This document shows positions 33,101-46,900 of a stretch of DNA of 64,000 nucleotides, piece by piece. The translations under genes were made by a program, and so were the position numbers. The DNA is from Ostrea edulis (lineage: Eukaryota): assembly GCF_947568905.1 (NCBI RefSeq), contig NC_079165.1, positions 3,658,001-3,722,000 of the forward strand, read 5' to 3'. The notes beneath the pieces were generated by a model. It had not been told where the DNA came from. It did no database searches and saw nothing but the letters and a program-made list of their open reading frames with translations. How positions within the stretch are numbered: the first letter of the stretch is position 1; each line of letters opens with the position of its first letter.

Positions 33101-36100
33101 TTATCACCTGCATATGGTGTTTATATATCTCAACTGATTCGATATGTAAGAGCTTGCTCTGCGTATAGTCAGTTTTTAAATCGAGGTAAGCTACTGACAA
33201 ACAAGTTGATGGTACAGGGGTTTCAACAGTCTTGATTGAAGTCAGCATTTCGCAAATTCTATGGTCGTTATAACAATGTAGTTCGTCAATACATCGTATC
33301 ATTGGGTCAAATGCTGTCTGACGTGTTTCATACCGATTGTTAAGCCGTTCTTGGCACACTGATTTTGACTGTGGATAACTCCGTTTACCTGATCAGGATA
33401 TGGGGCTCACGGCGGGTGTGACCGGTCGACAGGGGATGCTTACTCCTCCTACGCCCCTGATCCCACCTCTGGTGTGTCCAGGGGTCGGTGTTTGCCAAAC
33501 TATCTATTTTGTATTGTTTATAGGAGTTATGAGATTGATCGCTGTTCGTTATCTTCACCTTTCATAGATCAACATTAAAATAAAACAGAATATACGATAG
33601 CAAATAGAAATCTGTCTTCAGTTAAATTATCAATTTAAGAGAAACTATGCAAGTGATAACAAAACTTTAAAACGAAAGCATGTCAATTTTTTCCAGGTAT
33701 GACGCTGTTTGCTCTACGAATGTGGGCAGCCGGGGGGGAATGTTACAGCAAGACTTGCCTGAACGGAAAGACCGTGATTATAACGGGAGCAAACACAGGC
33801 ATAGGGAAGGAGACCGCGATAAACCTGGCAGGAAGAGGTAAGTAAGGCTCGCCAGGTCAGAAATATTGTAATAGAGAATAAAGCCGCTAAAAACTACAGA
33901 AGGGGTAAGGCTACCCAGACTGAGGTAAGGGGATGGATAAACAGCACTATAGGAAGAAAACTGAGGTGGTTGATGGAAAAGGGAAGAAAAGGCGGGAGAA
34001 GGAGAGAGGGGGTTAGAGGAGAGAGACGTGGACCCCTCTCCACTTACCTACAAACCCAAGGATAGACAATACGATATTGCTATACCTAGAAGAGAATTCG
34101 TACGGTGATATGTTATTTACCTTTAGAGACAGAAAATTACATTCCACGTGCACAGTGTCCGTATTCCTTGAAATTTCAGCATCATTGATGTATACTAAGT
34201 AACCTCTTCTTTTATTTAAGTACATCCCTGTGGGACAGCTAGTACATGTATATAGATTCATTGTAGGGGCAAGGGTGATCATGGCTTGCCGTAACAAGAG
34301 TCGGGGAGAGACGGCACTGTCTGACGTCAGAAAAAAGACCGGAAGTAAACAAGTCGTTCTGAAGATGCTGGATTTGGCATCGCTGGAATCCGTCCGAACA
34401 TTTGCTGAGGACGTAAAGAAAACAGAGTCCAGACTCGACATTCTTATAAACAATGCAGGTAGGGGTTTTGATTACAGATATATGATCAAGTTGAAAAGTT
34501 ATTAAGGTGAATTCAGCATGCTTATTTGACCGATAAAAAAACCTTTTGGGTGGGCATTGTAAAACTTTAATCATGATCCATTTTATCAAATTCGGCCTTT
34601 TCTATTTTTCTCCACAATACTTGAAAATATGTATACTTTTTAAATATTATCATGATGATATTACCACTATCAAAAGACCTCTCAATTTATGATCAGTTTT
34701 AGTTCTGTTTCCAGTCTAGTCAATATCCCTCTCTTATTCGACCAATACAATGTATATCATTCTACTGCACGGCGACTTTAAGAAGGAATAACACACCGGG
34801 GAAATCTAATAAGGATGGAAAATGGAGGATATGCACAATATTTTGAAATTGAAATTTACCTTATCTTGTTGAAAAATGCTAGTAGAAAGTAATCTAGGGG
34901 AACATTTAATACCCCTGCTAGCTGGACGTGACCGAACGATCTACAGATCAGCAGTCGACACGTTAGACTACTGAGCTACCCAGCTAAACAACTGGATTTA
35001 AAACGTAAAAACATGTATTGCCTGATATTTATAGTTTCATTCATGTTTCACAAGGAAGTCGGCCATCATGACGACGTGGTATTCCTTCTTAAAGGTTGCA
35101 AGTCTAAAAGTCGAATATCCCCGAGCATTTCTCCGAGCAATGTCTATAACGTTACAACTATATCTGCAGAGTTGCTGCAAGTAGTAAATTGTGCATACAG
35201 CTTTATTTAAGAACGTTAATCACCCCCTGCTATGGAATACAGACATTTTGTAGTGTTTGTCAAGGCCAGCTTGGTTCCTCTATTTAATTCTTATTTCTAC
35301 TGAATGCTTTCATCCATCTCCAATGACAATTTGTAAATGTTTTTTTAAGGAGGGGCGGGGGGTTTTGAGGTTTATGTTTTGGCTTTTAAAAGAAAAAAAC
35401 TGCGTTGCAATACACCAGATAATACCTAGAACATTATAAGATGCTCATCAATATATAGGGCTGATGATGTGTCCACACACGAAAACTGCAGACGGATTCG
35501 AGTTGCAACTCGGAACAAACCATCTGGGCCATTTCCTGCTCACTAACCTGTTGTTGGATAAAATTGAAGGATCCGCTCCTGCTAGGATAATCAACTTGTC
35601 CTCTATTGCCCACATGGGTAAGTGATATCGTGAGTAACTATTTTATGAAAGAAAAGAAGTTATATTTTCATAAGAGGATGGTTTTAAGAATTTCGCATCG
35701 CTTAAACGATCTTTTTGTTCAATTAATCTTGAAGTTGAAATAAATTCAGCAAACACATGTTAAAGCAGAGAATAGCTAATGTAATGATAAAGACGTTTTT
35801 ATAATGTTAACTTGTTTTATAAGCGTTTACCGGTAAATATGTATAAAAATTATAATAATTGTAATCAGAAATGACATCAATATACTTAGGTTGCAACAGA
35901 ATTAATTTTGATGATATCAACAGTGAAATTACCTATGGCAAATGGCAGGCTTACGCACAGAGCAAATTGGCCAACGTTCTGTTTACCAGAGAGCTGAATA
36001 AAAGACTCAAAGGTACACCAGCCAGCGTCACCTTAAAGCCGAGTTTGTGTCTAATCTTAAAATTGGGCAGAGGGCTCAAATAGACTTATCCCGCAGGGCT

Positions 36101-36898
36101 CAAATAGGCTGCCTAAAATGAATTGAAATGACCTTCAGGCGGTACTCGACATCGTTATAATGGCTGACTTCCTTTTAGAACATGGATGAAAAATATAAAT
36201 ATCAGGAATATTTGTCTATTCATTTCAAATATTACTGCCTAGCTGAGTAGCACAGTTGATTACCACGTTCACTGCTGATCGCGGGTTGAAGTCAAGCAGG
36301 TGTTTACATCCCCCTCCCGATTGCTGTCTACTAAAACTGCATTTTTTTACTCAGTAAAGTAAATTTGAAAGTTGTCAATGTCAAAGTATTGTTGTACATA
36401 TCCTCCACTTTTCTGTGGACTAAAGCAATTACAATGTTGTTTTCTCTGCAGGAACTGGAGTTGCCGTTAACTCGGTACATCCCGGAATGGTAATAACCGA
36501 GTTATTCCGATACGTCTCCGGATACAGTATTATATGGCCCTTCATGATCTTTCTATGTAAAACCACGAGGGAAGGAGCACAAACTAGTATATACTGCGCT
36601 GTTGACGAAAGTATAGAGAACGTCACTGGAAAATATTTCAGGTAATTTGTACATGCAACTGTAGAATTGAAAACATCAAAATTATTTAGAATTTCCGGTG
36701 TGATGCATTGGAGTCATATTTATTTACGTCACGTGATACTTGTACACTGTACTGAGTTTTAGTATCTAAGTATATAATGTATGCTGTAAATATTTCAGTG
36801 ATTGTGCGATAAAGGAGGAATCTAAAGCAGCGCAGGACGACGAGGCAGCAAAGAGACTTTGGGACGTGTCTGTTAAAATGGTGGGGCTGGATAAATAA
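30137..36898 (+). CDS. Retinol dehydrogenase 11/12/13-like short-chain dehydrogenase, paralog 1 (7 exons, 322 aa)
   Basis: Exons 30137-30200, 33697-33837, 34267-34458, 35459-35617, 35890-36012, 36452-36641, 36799-36898, all GT-AG and phase-compatible. Motifs [20 protein letters not shown], catalytic YAQSK, SVHPG. Confidence 0.92.
31370..31950 (-). mobile_element. Penelope-like 3' fragment
   Basis: Reverse complement of RT C-terminus ([10 protein letters not shown]) and terminal GAAAAGTGAAGATAACGAACAGTGATCAATCTC. Confidence 0.85.
33020..33566 (+). mobile_element. Penelope-like 3' fragment
   Basis: [41 protein letters not shown]...SDVFHTDC* plus 3' UTR. Confidence 0.9.
34775..35010 (-). mobile_element. 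Uninterrupted relative of the Tx1 host element
   Basis: Reverse complement of the tRNA-like motif and the AAAATATTGT..CATATCCTCCATTTT segment; ends GGTGTGTTATTCCTTCTTAA. Confidence 0.65.
36175..36420 (+). mobile_element. Second uninterrupted relative of the Tx1 host element
   Basis: CCTAGCTGAGTAGCACAG...CTACTAAAACTG...GTAAATTTGAAA...TATTGTTGTACATATCCTCCA. Confidence 0.7.
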
Positions 36899-38504
36899 GA
36901 CTCAGCGCACGTGTCCCTTCACACCTTAGAAGATCATCAAACTCGATCGATGAAGCATGATTGGTTCCTGTTTCCATTGAATAACCGAGCAGGATTTTCT
37001 TCATATATGCCAATGTGTTTCCATATACACAATCAAAGTACTGAATGCACAGGTAGTCATGTTCCGTGTTAATAAAATGTTAATGATATTCCGCATGCAC
37101 AAATCAAATACGTAGGCCTACTTTCGTTTCATGAAATTTACTCTAGAACCCACAAAGATCGCAATCATATAAGACTAATGTTCTATAAAAGTTTCTCAAA
37201 TATTTTCACTTCTCTTGACTCATCGTTAGAAACCCACGGTCAGTCGCACTTCATTTACCTCCCATGGGGCACAACGTCGATATTTTCGCTGGAAGGTGTG
37301 TCTCAGTTTTTTTTATGGTCGCATTACCATTCCTTATTGCGATATTCAACCAAAGACCCCCCCCCCCCTATTTAAAGATGTAAACAAGTTACAAGCTTTC
37401 AGAGAGATGCTTTACAACTTCTTTAATTTTATTCAAAATATAAGAATACCTAACAACTTATCTCTTTCCTCCTTCATCTGATTCACCTTCTTGACCATTG
37501 ACACGTTGAGATTGCATACCCGATTTAATTTATTCGTACAAAGGCTGCAAACAAAAGATGCGTCTGTCGGGTGAAAGTTGAGGCACTCTAGAACATAGCT
37601 GTACTGTGTAAGTGAAGTTTTTGACGACAGAGCCCTGTAATCCCGGTCTTTTGAAGGTGGCATAACAATACACACACTTTCATTGGCGCCGTCATTACTG
37701 CTGACGCTTAGAGTTTCGGGAATACTTACGGCGATTCCCAATGGTCTTCGATAGACCACGTAAGGTCATGCATTTTAATGAGTTATGCGAAAATGTCGAC
37801 GTTGTATCCCACGAGAGGTAAAGGAAGTGCAACCGACCGTGGGTTTCTGACGATGCTCTTGACTTGGCTTTTCAAATAGTGAAATGTAAAGCGAACTATT
37901 TTATGAAGCGCAGTGAGAAAAAGGACTAGGACAAATGTGATAAGGCCAGTCATCGCGCAGACCTGTCAAACTGAGGAGAAAAAAGTTCCTTTGGTAAAGA
38001 TAATATCTTTTCTAGGTTTTATAAATTGTAACCTGCATGTATACAGAAAATCGCATTTTTATATTTCAATACAAATATCCTGATAATGAAAAACAGAAGC
38101 TCATTTTGGCGGGGATTCGGATCCCATTCAGGTTGATAAGCGCAGATCGGCGATACCAGTGTTCGGGCCCATAGCTTTGCTAAGGATCCCGACCAAAAAC
38201 GTTTCCATATGTCTATGGATATATATTTATATGTAAACGCAACCATGGGCCATAGTGCATTTAAAATGTTCGACCCGTACATTATTATGTGTCAAAATCC
38301 TGAATACTGGACTATTATATGGTAGCATAGCATACCGATTTGCTTTCAAGTTACTGACGTATGTGTATGTAATAAGAAAATACTCTGATGATCAAATGTA
38401 TTGTTTATTTTTATAATTAAATGTTATGTGAAGAACCACTTCTTGCCTTCCTTAATGAACATCAAACAAGACAAATAGAAATGCCAGTCCACCATTAATC
38501 TCGC

Positions 38505-38830
38505 TTTTTAGCTCACCAAAGGATCGACAATTATCCGTTGGTGGCGGCGGTGTCATCGTAAACTTTTCAAAAAATTCGTAAAATTTCGTCATCTCCAGAA
38601 CCACCGGATCACTTTCAACCAAATTTAAGAAAGAGTGAAGCATATTTAAGCTTCTTTAGATAAAGGGTCATCTCTTCTTCCAAGGGGAGATAAATTTTTT
38701 AAAAAAAAAAAAGCAAAAATTGGGTACGGTCATTTAAAAATCTTCTTAAGAACCACTGAGCCAGAAACTAATGTGAATGCTTCCTGACATATTGAAAATT
38801 AAAATTTGTCTAACTCATGCCTCCAAGGGG
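38505..38830 (+). mobile_element. Degenerate Helitron-N/Cg170-satellite-like fragment
   Basis: TTTTAGCTCACC start; TCTCCAGAACCAC..TTTCAACCAAA and TTCCAAGGGGAGATAA motifs resemble the oyster ~166-bp satellite (recalled, not aligned). Confidence 0.55.
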
Positions 38831-39519
38831 TATTAGTTGCAATAATGTAGTCCTCTCTGACTTTTTTTATTAGAGGGTGGGGGTGGACTACAACTCCTTA
38901 GGACATCTGTAGTGGTACAGATGCGGGAGTGATTCACTCCCGCAACATTTTTAAACAAAAATGATATTGTATTTATAAATTTACAACCAGTAACTTATAA
39001 TTTGTGAGACTCTATTCTACTGTTTTTAACATTTTCGCTATATTTCAATTTCTCGATTCATATTGTGCGTCATGTTTGATGTACTAAAGTTGAACTTTCG
39101 GTTGGCAAGTATTTGTATATACCCATATATGGTAGTGTTGACATCAATGTACGAACGGAGGAGAAAGCGATTTCGTCGGTATCGGAAAAGTTCAATTTAT
39201 TTTCAAGTGAAAAACCAATAGCAGATTGTAATTTTTTTTCTGCCACCATATCATTTGAATTTCCTATCTTTGTCGAAATGGCTCGATTCCATGTTAACCA
39301 ATTTTATTTTCGCGCTGATTGTCAATGTTTTCACTGACGAGATCTTGAGATAACAAATATGGCGGAGCAGACGAAGAATTTTGTATGTTGTACATGTACA
39401 TAGTTTAATGAAAATTACCTTTATTTCACATGGTACTCTTTTTGGTGTAAACGACATTAGAGACAAATACACGGAGCTTATTACAGGTTATTCATAAAGA
39501 TAATTTGCACCATTACGAA

Positions 39520-39700
39520 GGTCCTGGTAGCGTAGTGGTTAAAGCACTCGCTTCTCACCGCTGCGACCCGAGTACGATTCCCGTGATCGACAGTGGTAGT
39601 ATGTGAGAGGGTATGGCGGTCGCCCACTCGGACACGTGGGTTTCTTCCGGGTACTCTGGTTTCCTCCAACTCAAAGGCCCCCTAGTGCAAACGTCCGTGC
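39520..39700 (+). mobile_element. tRNA-derived SINE with Deu/Nin-like core
   Basis: Head TAGCGTAGTGGTTAAAGC...GATTCCC; core GTGGGTTTCTTCCGGGTACTCTGGTTTCCTCC. Confidence 0.7.
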
Positions 39701-40088
39701 AAGTCGGTAAATAGCTAGTATATAGCTAATGTTAATTGATGATTAGATTATTATCCTATAGAGTTGTAATCTCTTCTCTCAGACTAGTGCCACCCAAAGT
39801 TATTCGGGAAATTTTGCCTGAAATTCGGCCGCTTGTGGTGATTAAAATTCTCACGCGCTTCAACTTTTCGCCTTAGACATTTTATTTAAAACTCCTTATC
39901 ACAATGAGTTTTCCCCCTTTTACATTTGGTGTAAATCTCGCAGTAAATCAAGTTGGTTATTTTCGAAGCCGTTGCATATGGCCCCCATTTAATTGTATGC
40001 CTTCTCAACACTAAAGATTCCAAATGCATACTCTATTTTGTTTCATAATTATAGTTTGTACAAGCATATAGTACAGAGAACTGTCTGG

Positions 40089-40268
40089 AGGTACAGAGTT
40101 TCTAAAGACGCCTTCATATAATATGACAATTACTAAATATAGACATATAGACTTAATATGTACACAAAGCATTTTAAAAGCATGAATTTGAAAAGGAAGA
40201 AAACGAAAACTGCATTGTGTAAAGTAATTGTCATTTAATTAAAGGCGTCTATAGACAGTTCTGTACCT
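40089..40268. mobile_element. Short MITE with ~45-bp imperfect TIRs
   Basis: AGGTACAGAGTTTCTAAAGACGCCTT..ATGACAATTAC vs GTAATTGTCAT..AAGGCGTCTATAGACAGTTCTGTACCT. Confidence 0.7.
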
Positions 40269-40957
40269 TTCTGTATGAATTTCACAATTTTGGAAAAACT
40301 GTCAATGCTTATTAATATGTAGCATACACAGTCTTGTTGTTTGATTTCCAAGAGTCAAGAAGATTTTGTTGAAAGAAATATGCAATTTTACTAAATGGAT
40401 TTTATTTATATAATTTAATAATCGTGAACAAATAATACAAAACTTCAATATCTCACAACCAAGCATCGGTTAACAATACGCGTATGAATCTTTGTGAATA
40501 TAGTACGTCTATTTTAACGGTTGGGAATTCCGACGGAAATGACTGTAGAATGTAAATATAGAAATTGAATTCCATTTTTTTTTTTTTTTTTTTTTTTTTA
40601 GAAAATACGTTATGAACTGCAACGCTTCATGCCGGCATATCTCATGATAATATGCCCGCGTGAAGCGTCACAGTTCATACTCTCTTGTATTTACAACAGA
40701 ATTTTCTTTCATAAATGGCACTAACGAAACTTCGTATTATGACGCCATCCCTCCTCTAATCTATATCTTATCGATAAGAATTTAGAATTATTAATTTTCA
40801 CAATCTAAATATAATAAGAAAATAAAAAATAGAAATAATATTAATCGAAATTAAATTAAAAAGAAATATAAAAATTAAAAATAAATTCGTTCCAACGACT
40901 CCAATCCATGATTTACACAGTGCCTTAAAGGTTACGGGAGACCCGACACAAATAAAC

Positions 40958-43900
40958 ATGGAGGCGGGCTGGTGGAAGTTCGTCATGGAACATCAAACCA
41001 TTATTGCAAGTGTAGCGGTGACAGGTAAACTAGAACACTTTATATCTATAATATATGGGGGTGAGGTTGGTTCCGGGGAAGGGGGGCTTTTATATCTATA
41101 ATAAATTGAAAAGGGGGGAGGGTACCGGTAGGTGAAATGATTATGCAACATTTCGCATGTGTTCCAAAACATGACCAGCGGTTAAATGAGAAAAATGAAT
41201 ACAAGTTATGACCAGGGTAAAATGAGGAAAATGAATACAAGTTATTAAAGAACTGAAACTTGAACAAACACTGCATCGATTGAGCTCTCTAAAATATCTA
41301 ACGTGCTTTCATTGCCCTAAGTACGATTCACCGTGCGGTCCATAAGTGTATATAAATAGTACTGTATCATTATATATTTTCATTCACTCTGTGTTTTCAA
41401 CTTTAAAGGCGTCTGTCCAAATATCCAGTCCAGTGGAATCTAATTTCTTTTCTTTCTTTCTTTCTTTTTTGTGAAAAGAAAAAATTACAGCGTCGGAAAT
41501 ATAAAAAGGAGTGAAAAACCATTTTATTTTTTTTTTCAACATCCCAAAAAATCAGTGCGGCGGATCCCCGTAAACCAACCCAATAAAAAGGCCTTAATTT
41601 CTATTGGATCCATTGCTTACTATATGTAACTATGAATACCTGTTTTTGTTTCGATTTAGTTCGATATGTTTGCCCCCCCCCCCCCCCCCCCCCGGTGCCG
41701 TCTGTCTGCGTGTGAATGTATTCTGCGACCTATTTATGTCCGTGACCTATTTTATGACATTGCTGAAATTGTTGATTATTCTTTTGGTTCATTTTTTCTA
41801 CCTTTTATTTGAATACGCACGATAAATAGCGATTACCTATAACATATGCTGGTTTGTCTTACGTGCTTTGGATTAGTCCTTCTTGGATTAATTCCCTTTA
41901 CCATTACCAAATCTGGAGACAAGTCAAGGTCAGGTGGTTTTCAGTTACAGGTCAATAGCATCTATATTTTACGTACTTCAAAGTATTAACATTTTTTTTT
42001 TTTTTAAAAATCAGAAAAATTATAGATAATAAAATGTCTATGTTGGTTTGTTATACAGGATATAAAGGTCGGGAATTACATGACAGAACCTGTTATCACG
42101 GGTTGTGTATTTTTTTCTGAACTCTTGGCGACTTTGATATCTCTTTTAACAAAGCAATGAAAGCATCTGATTGTTTAGATGAGTGCAGTGATCGTGTAAT
42201 GAGTGCATCTTTCAAACTAGTAACGTAGGTCCACCCTCCTGTGATGTCATAAGATTTCGCAAATTAAGTCAATCATTTATCAAAATTTATGCATGACAGG
42301 AACATAAATTTTGTTGAATTCTTTTTCAATAGTTATTGTAAAAAAAAATCTTGTTAACCATAAAATATTTCAAAAGTCTAAGTAATTGAAAATATTGAAT
42401 CCAAGGGCAATAACTCTGTTTTCATAGAATCCTTTATCAAGTCCATTATATAGATTTCCTTTATTTTTACAAACATTTTGTATATATATATTTTTTTTAA
42501 AGAAACACAGTTTCATGAAATTGTTATGAATACTATCATATCGTTTTAACCTGATATTGTGAAATCTTTTAATGCTGTTTAAGGAAAATTGCAGTTTTCT
42601 GAGGTTGATAACAGGTATTTGTGTGGTAATCGATAAAAAATTTATTAATACCGCAACATACTTATTTTATCATTTTTATTTGTTACTAAGATGTATTATT
42701 TGAAAAATCAACAATCAAATATAAGATTGAACCTATAATTCTAGAAGGGTGAAATTACCTTATTCTAAAAATCTTCACCCCTAAAAATATAAATAAATAA
42801 AAGTAAAAATACAGAATTAAGAGTAGGGCAAACACGGACCCTTGGACACACCAGAGGTGGAATCAGGTGTCTAAGAAGAGTAAGCATCTTATGTTGACCG
42901 TTCTCACCACCGTGAGCCCTTTATCGTAGTTAGTGGTTACGTAAACTGAGTAATCCGTGGTCAGAATTGTATGTAAAGAACGGTCCGGCCTAATAATTGG
43001 TATGAAACACGTCAGACAGCATTCGACTTAAAGACGGGTTGTATCGGAAAATTAGATCATTATTATTATAATTACCATAGAATTTGCGAAATCGAAGAGA
43101 ATGACGGAAGATGTACATGAAGATAAATACGATGATTTCTCAATACATGTACTTTGCTTGCAGTGAGGCCTGACTATTGTTGTGAACTTTTAAAATTGTT
43201 TGCTATATGTTTAGGAGTAATTCTTTAAAAGTTATGGACGTTTTTTCACTTGATGATCCATATAAAGCCTATCCTGGGATTTAAAATCTTGACCCGCGGA
43301 CCAGAAATTTCAGTTATTGGTTGCTGCCTCCGATTGTAACTATGTAGTCTGTGTTTTACTGTGCTAAATGTTTAGTTGATTGGTTTTCATAGAGCCGCAC
43401 CCTAAGATCAAAATCCTTGACCCAGGGGACCTGAATGATAGAGGCTTCTCCTTGGTTTTTATAGAGCCGCATCCTAGGATAAAAATCTTTGACCCAGGGG
43501 ACTTGAAAGATAGAGGCTTCTCCCCATTACTGTATGGCAAATTCATTAGGTTGTTTTGGTTGATTATTTGATGTCCAAGAGTAAAGAAGACGATTTTAAA
43601 AGAGTTGATGCATTTTTACTGTATGAGTCATAGGACTCTGGTCCATCTCTTTAATCCTTAACCCAAATACCTAACCCGAGGTGTCATAAATATCACAATT
43701 TATATTAATCCCTCTTTTATTATTATTTCTACGTATCCAGTTTGGTTGTTAGATCGATAGGAGTAAAAGGAAAACAATTTTAAAACTACCATACAAATAA
43801 TTTTTTTAATGTATCATCCATCTCTCCAGAATCCCTGATCCGGGGCTATGAATTTCACAATTTTGGTTGTGACTCAGACTTTTCTCATCACTACTGTGTA

Positions 43901-46900
43901 CTCAGTTTGGTTTGGTTAATGTCCAGGAAACAGGAAAATTAAAAAAGATATTGATGCATTTTTACTAGATACAAACCATAACACCCGTTTTTACACCAGA
44001 ACCTCTACCCAGGGTCCATGAATTTCACAAATTCGGAGAAGCATCCTTATTCATCATAATGATACACAGTTTGTCTACTAGATGTCGCTGAGTAAAGAAG
44101 ATATTTTGTTAAGGATTGCATAATTTTTGAGGTTTTGGTTCTGTCTCTCAAGGGGGATGAGGTCACGGAGTTCACAATATTTGTTCCCCTTTCCCCAATA
44201 ATGCTACATGCCAATTTTGTCGCGGCAGCATTAGAGAAAAAGTTGGAAATGTTCAAATGTTCACGCACGACGCACCTCTCATGTGAACTAATATTAACGT
44301 TAATCAATGACGTGTTAATCATGTGGACAAATATTAACGGTACTCAATAACATGTTAATCACGTGGACTAATATTAACGTTATTCAATGACGTGTTAATC
44401 ACGTGGACAAATTTTAACCTTAATCAATAACGTCGTATTAATCATGTGAATTAATATTAACGTTAATCAATAATGTGCTAATGAAAGGTGAAGATAACGA
44501 ACAGTGATCAATGAAAGGTGAAGATAACGAACAGTGATCAATCTCATAACTCCTATAAGCAATAGAAAATAGATAGATGGGCAAACACGGACCCCTGGAC
44601 AGGCCAGAGGTGGGATCATGTGCCTAGAAGGAGTAAGCATCCTCTGTCGACCGGTCATACCCGCCGTGAATCCTATACCTTGCTCAGGCAAGCGGAGTTA
44701 TCCGTTGTCAAAATCAGCGCGCCAAGAACGGTCTAACAATCGGTATGAAACACGTCAGACAGCATTTGACCCAATGATAGGTTGTATTGACAAACTAGAT
44801 CGTTATAACGACCATAGAATTGCGAAAGGCTGACTTTAATCGAGATTCTTGAAACCCCTGTACCATCAACTTATTTCTCAGTAGCTTGCCTCGGTTTAAA
44901 AACTGAACTTACGCAGAACAAGCTCTTGCGTATCGAATCAGTTGAGAGATATAAATGCCATATGCAGGTGATAATGAAATATTGCTGAATAAATATGAGA
45001 AGTTGACAATGGAGAAGCTGAAATCATCCCGTTTGTCATACAGTTAATGTCTACTTTCAATAAGAATCTAAGTATGAAGCAGAAGTGGACGACTCTGTGG
45101 TGCCTTTTATTTCGAGCTCACAGGGATATCGACATATGAATGAAAGTTATTATTGTTAATAGATAAAAGGTAGTCGATATATCTAAATGTCGAATTGAAG
45201 GCCGCGGCAAAAGATTTTTTCTTCTCACGTAGAAGTTTTTGAATAAATTCTGCTTCATATGAATATGAAAACAGGTCAGCTATCAAAGGAGCATAATTTG
45301 TGCCCATGGGAATTCCAACAGACTGTTGAAAGACCTGATCACCAAATACCACGAATATATTGTCAATGAGGAACTCCAGCATACTTTTTATTTTAACATC
45401 AGAGTACTTGTACATGGAATCAGAGTGGTGTTTAACAATGTAATTTTTTGGGATGACTGATCACTAGATAGGAATATTTTCGTTCAGAGTACTTGTACAT
45501 GGAATCAGAGTGGTGTTTAACAAAGTAATATTTTTGGATGACTGATCACTAGATAGGAATATTTCCGTTTTCCATTTTTGTTGAAGAAGCAACTGTCTAT
45601 GTCAAAAAGTCTAGTCTATAATTTATCGTGAGCAATGGTCGTGTAAAGTGTTGAAAAATCATACGTTTTGATGTTGTTGATTGAGAAAAGTTTTGCGATT
45701 TCAAGTTTACTGAACGTTCTTTAGAATTTTTAGAATCCACATTTGATTTACACCACTTCTGGCATATGTAGTCGCACAGTACGTTTGAAGTTTCTCCTTC
45801 ACAGCTGTTAATATTTTCGTGAGGAGCAAAGATAGGGGCTTGGTAGAGCACTTACTGGATCCAGCGATGTATCTTATTTTGTAAGGGTTTTATGTAGTTT
45901 AGGAATCCAGTATAGATACGGTAACTCATATTCATCCGACCCATTGACTGGGATATTAAATGTATCTAAAACTGAAGCATGGTTTTGAATAATTTCATCT
46001 TTTGAAAGGGCAGTTGGAGTATAAATACGATTAACCAAAAGTGGAATTAATGGCAAGATCCTTTCAAATACAGTTGTAATAATGAGCCTACAAACAAAGA
46101 CAATGTTGTTACAAGCTTTGTCAGCTGGAACCAGCTGAGAAATCGTGTGAACTAATATTAACGTTGATTGATGACATGTTAATCTTGTAGACAAATATTA
46201 ACGTTAATCAATGACGTGTTAATCATGTGGACAAATATTAACGTTATTCAATGACGTGTTAATCATGTGGACAAATATTAACGTTATTCAATGACGTGTT
46301 AATCATGTGGACAAATAGTAACGTTATTCAATGACATGTTAATCACGTGGACAAATAGTAACGTTATTCAATGACGTGTTAATCATGTGGACAAATAGTA
46401 ACGTTATTCAATGACGTGTTAATCACGTGGACAAATAGTAACGTTATTCAATGACGTGTTAATCATGTGGACAAATATCAACGTTATTCAATGACGTGTT
46501 AATCATGTGGTCAAATGTTAACGTTATTCAATGACGTGTTAATTATGTGGACAAATATTAACGTTATTCAATGACGTGTTAATCATGTGGACAAATAGTA
46601 ACGTTATTCAATGACGTGTTAATTATGTGGACAAATATTAACGTTATTCAATGACGTGTTAATCATGTGGACAAATAGTAACGTTATTCAATGACGTGTT
46701 AATCACGTGGACAAATATTAACGTTATTCAATGACGTGTTAATCATGTAGACAAATATTAACGTTATTCAATGACGTGTTAATCATGTGGAAAAATATTA
46801 ACGTTATTCAATGACGTGCTAATCGTGTAGACTAATATTAACTTTAATCAATAACGTGTCAATCAACATTTTATATCCTCTTATGTCCCTGGATATTTAG

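Noticed and set aside
46150-46865. Regular 40-bp array as a CRISPR array
   Set aside because: Units are contiguous with no unique spacers; eukaryotic context; no cas genes. The same applies to the 27-, 33- and 34-bp arrays.
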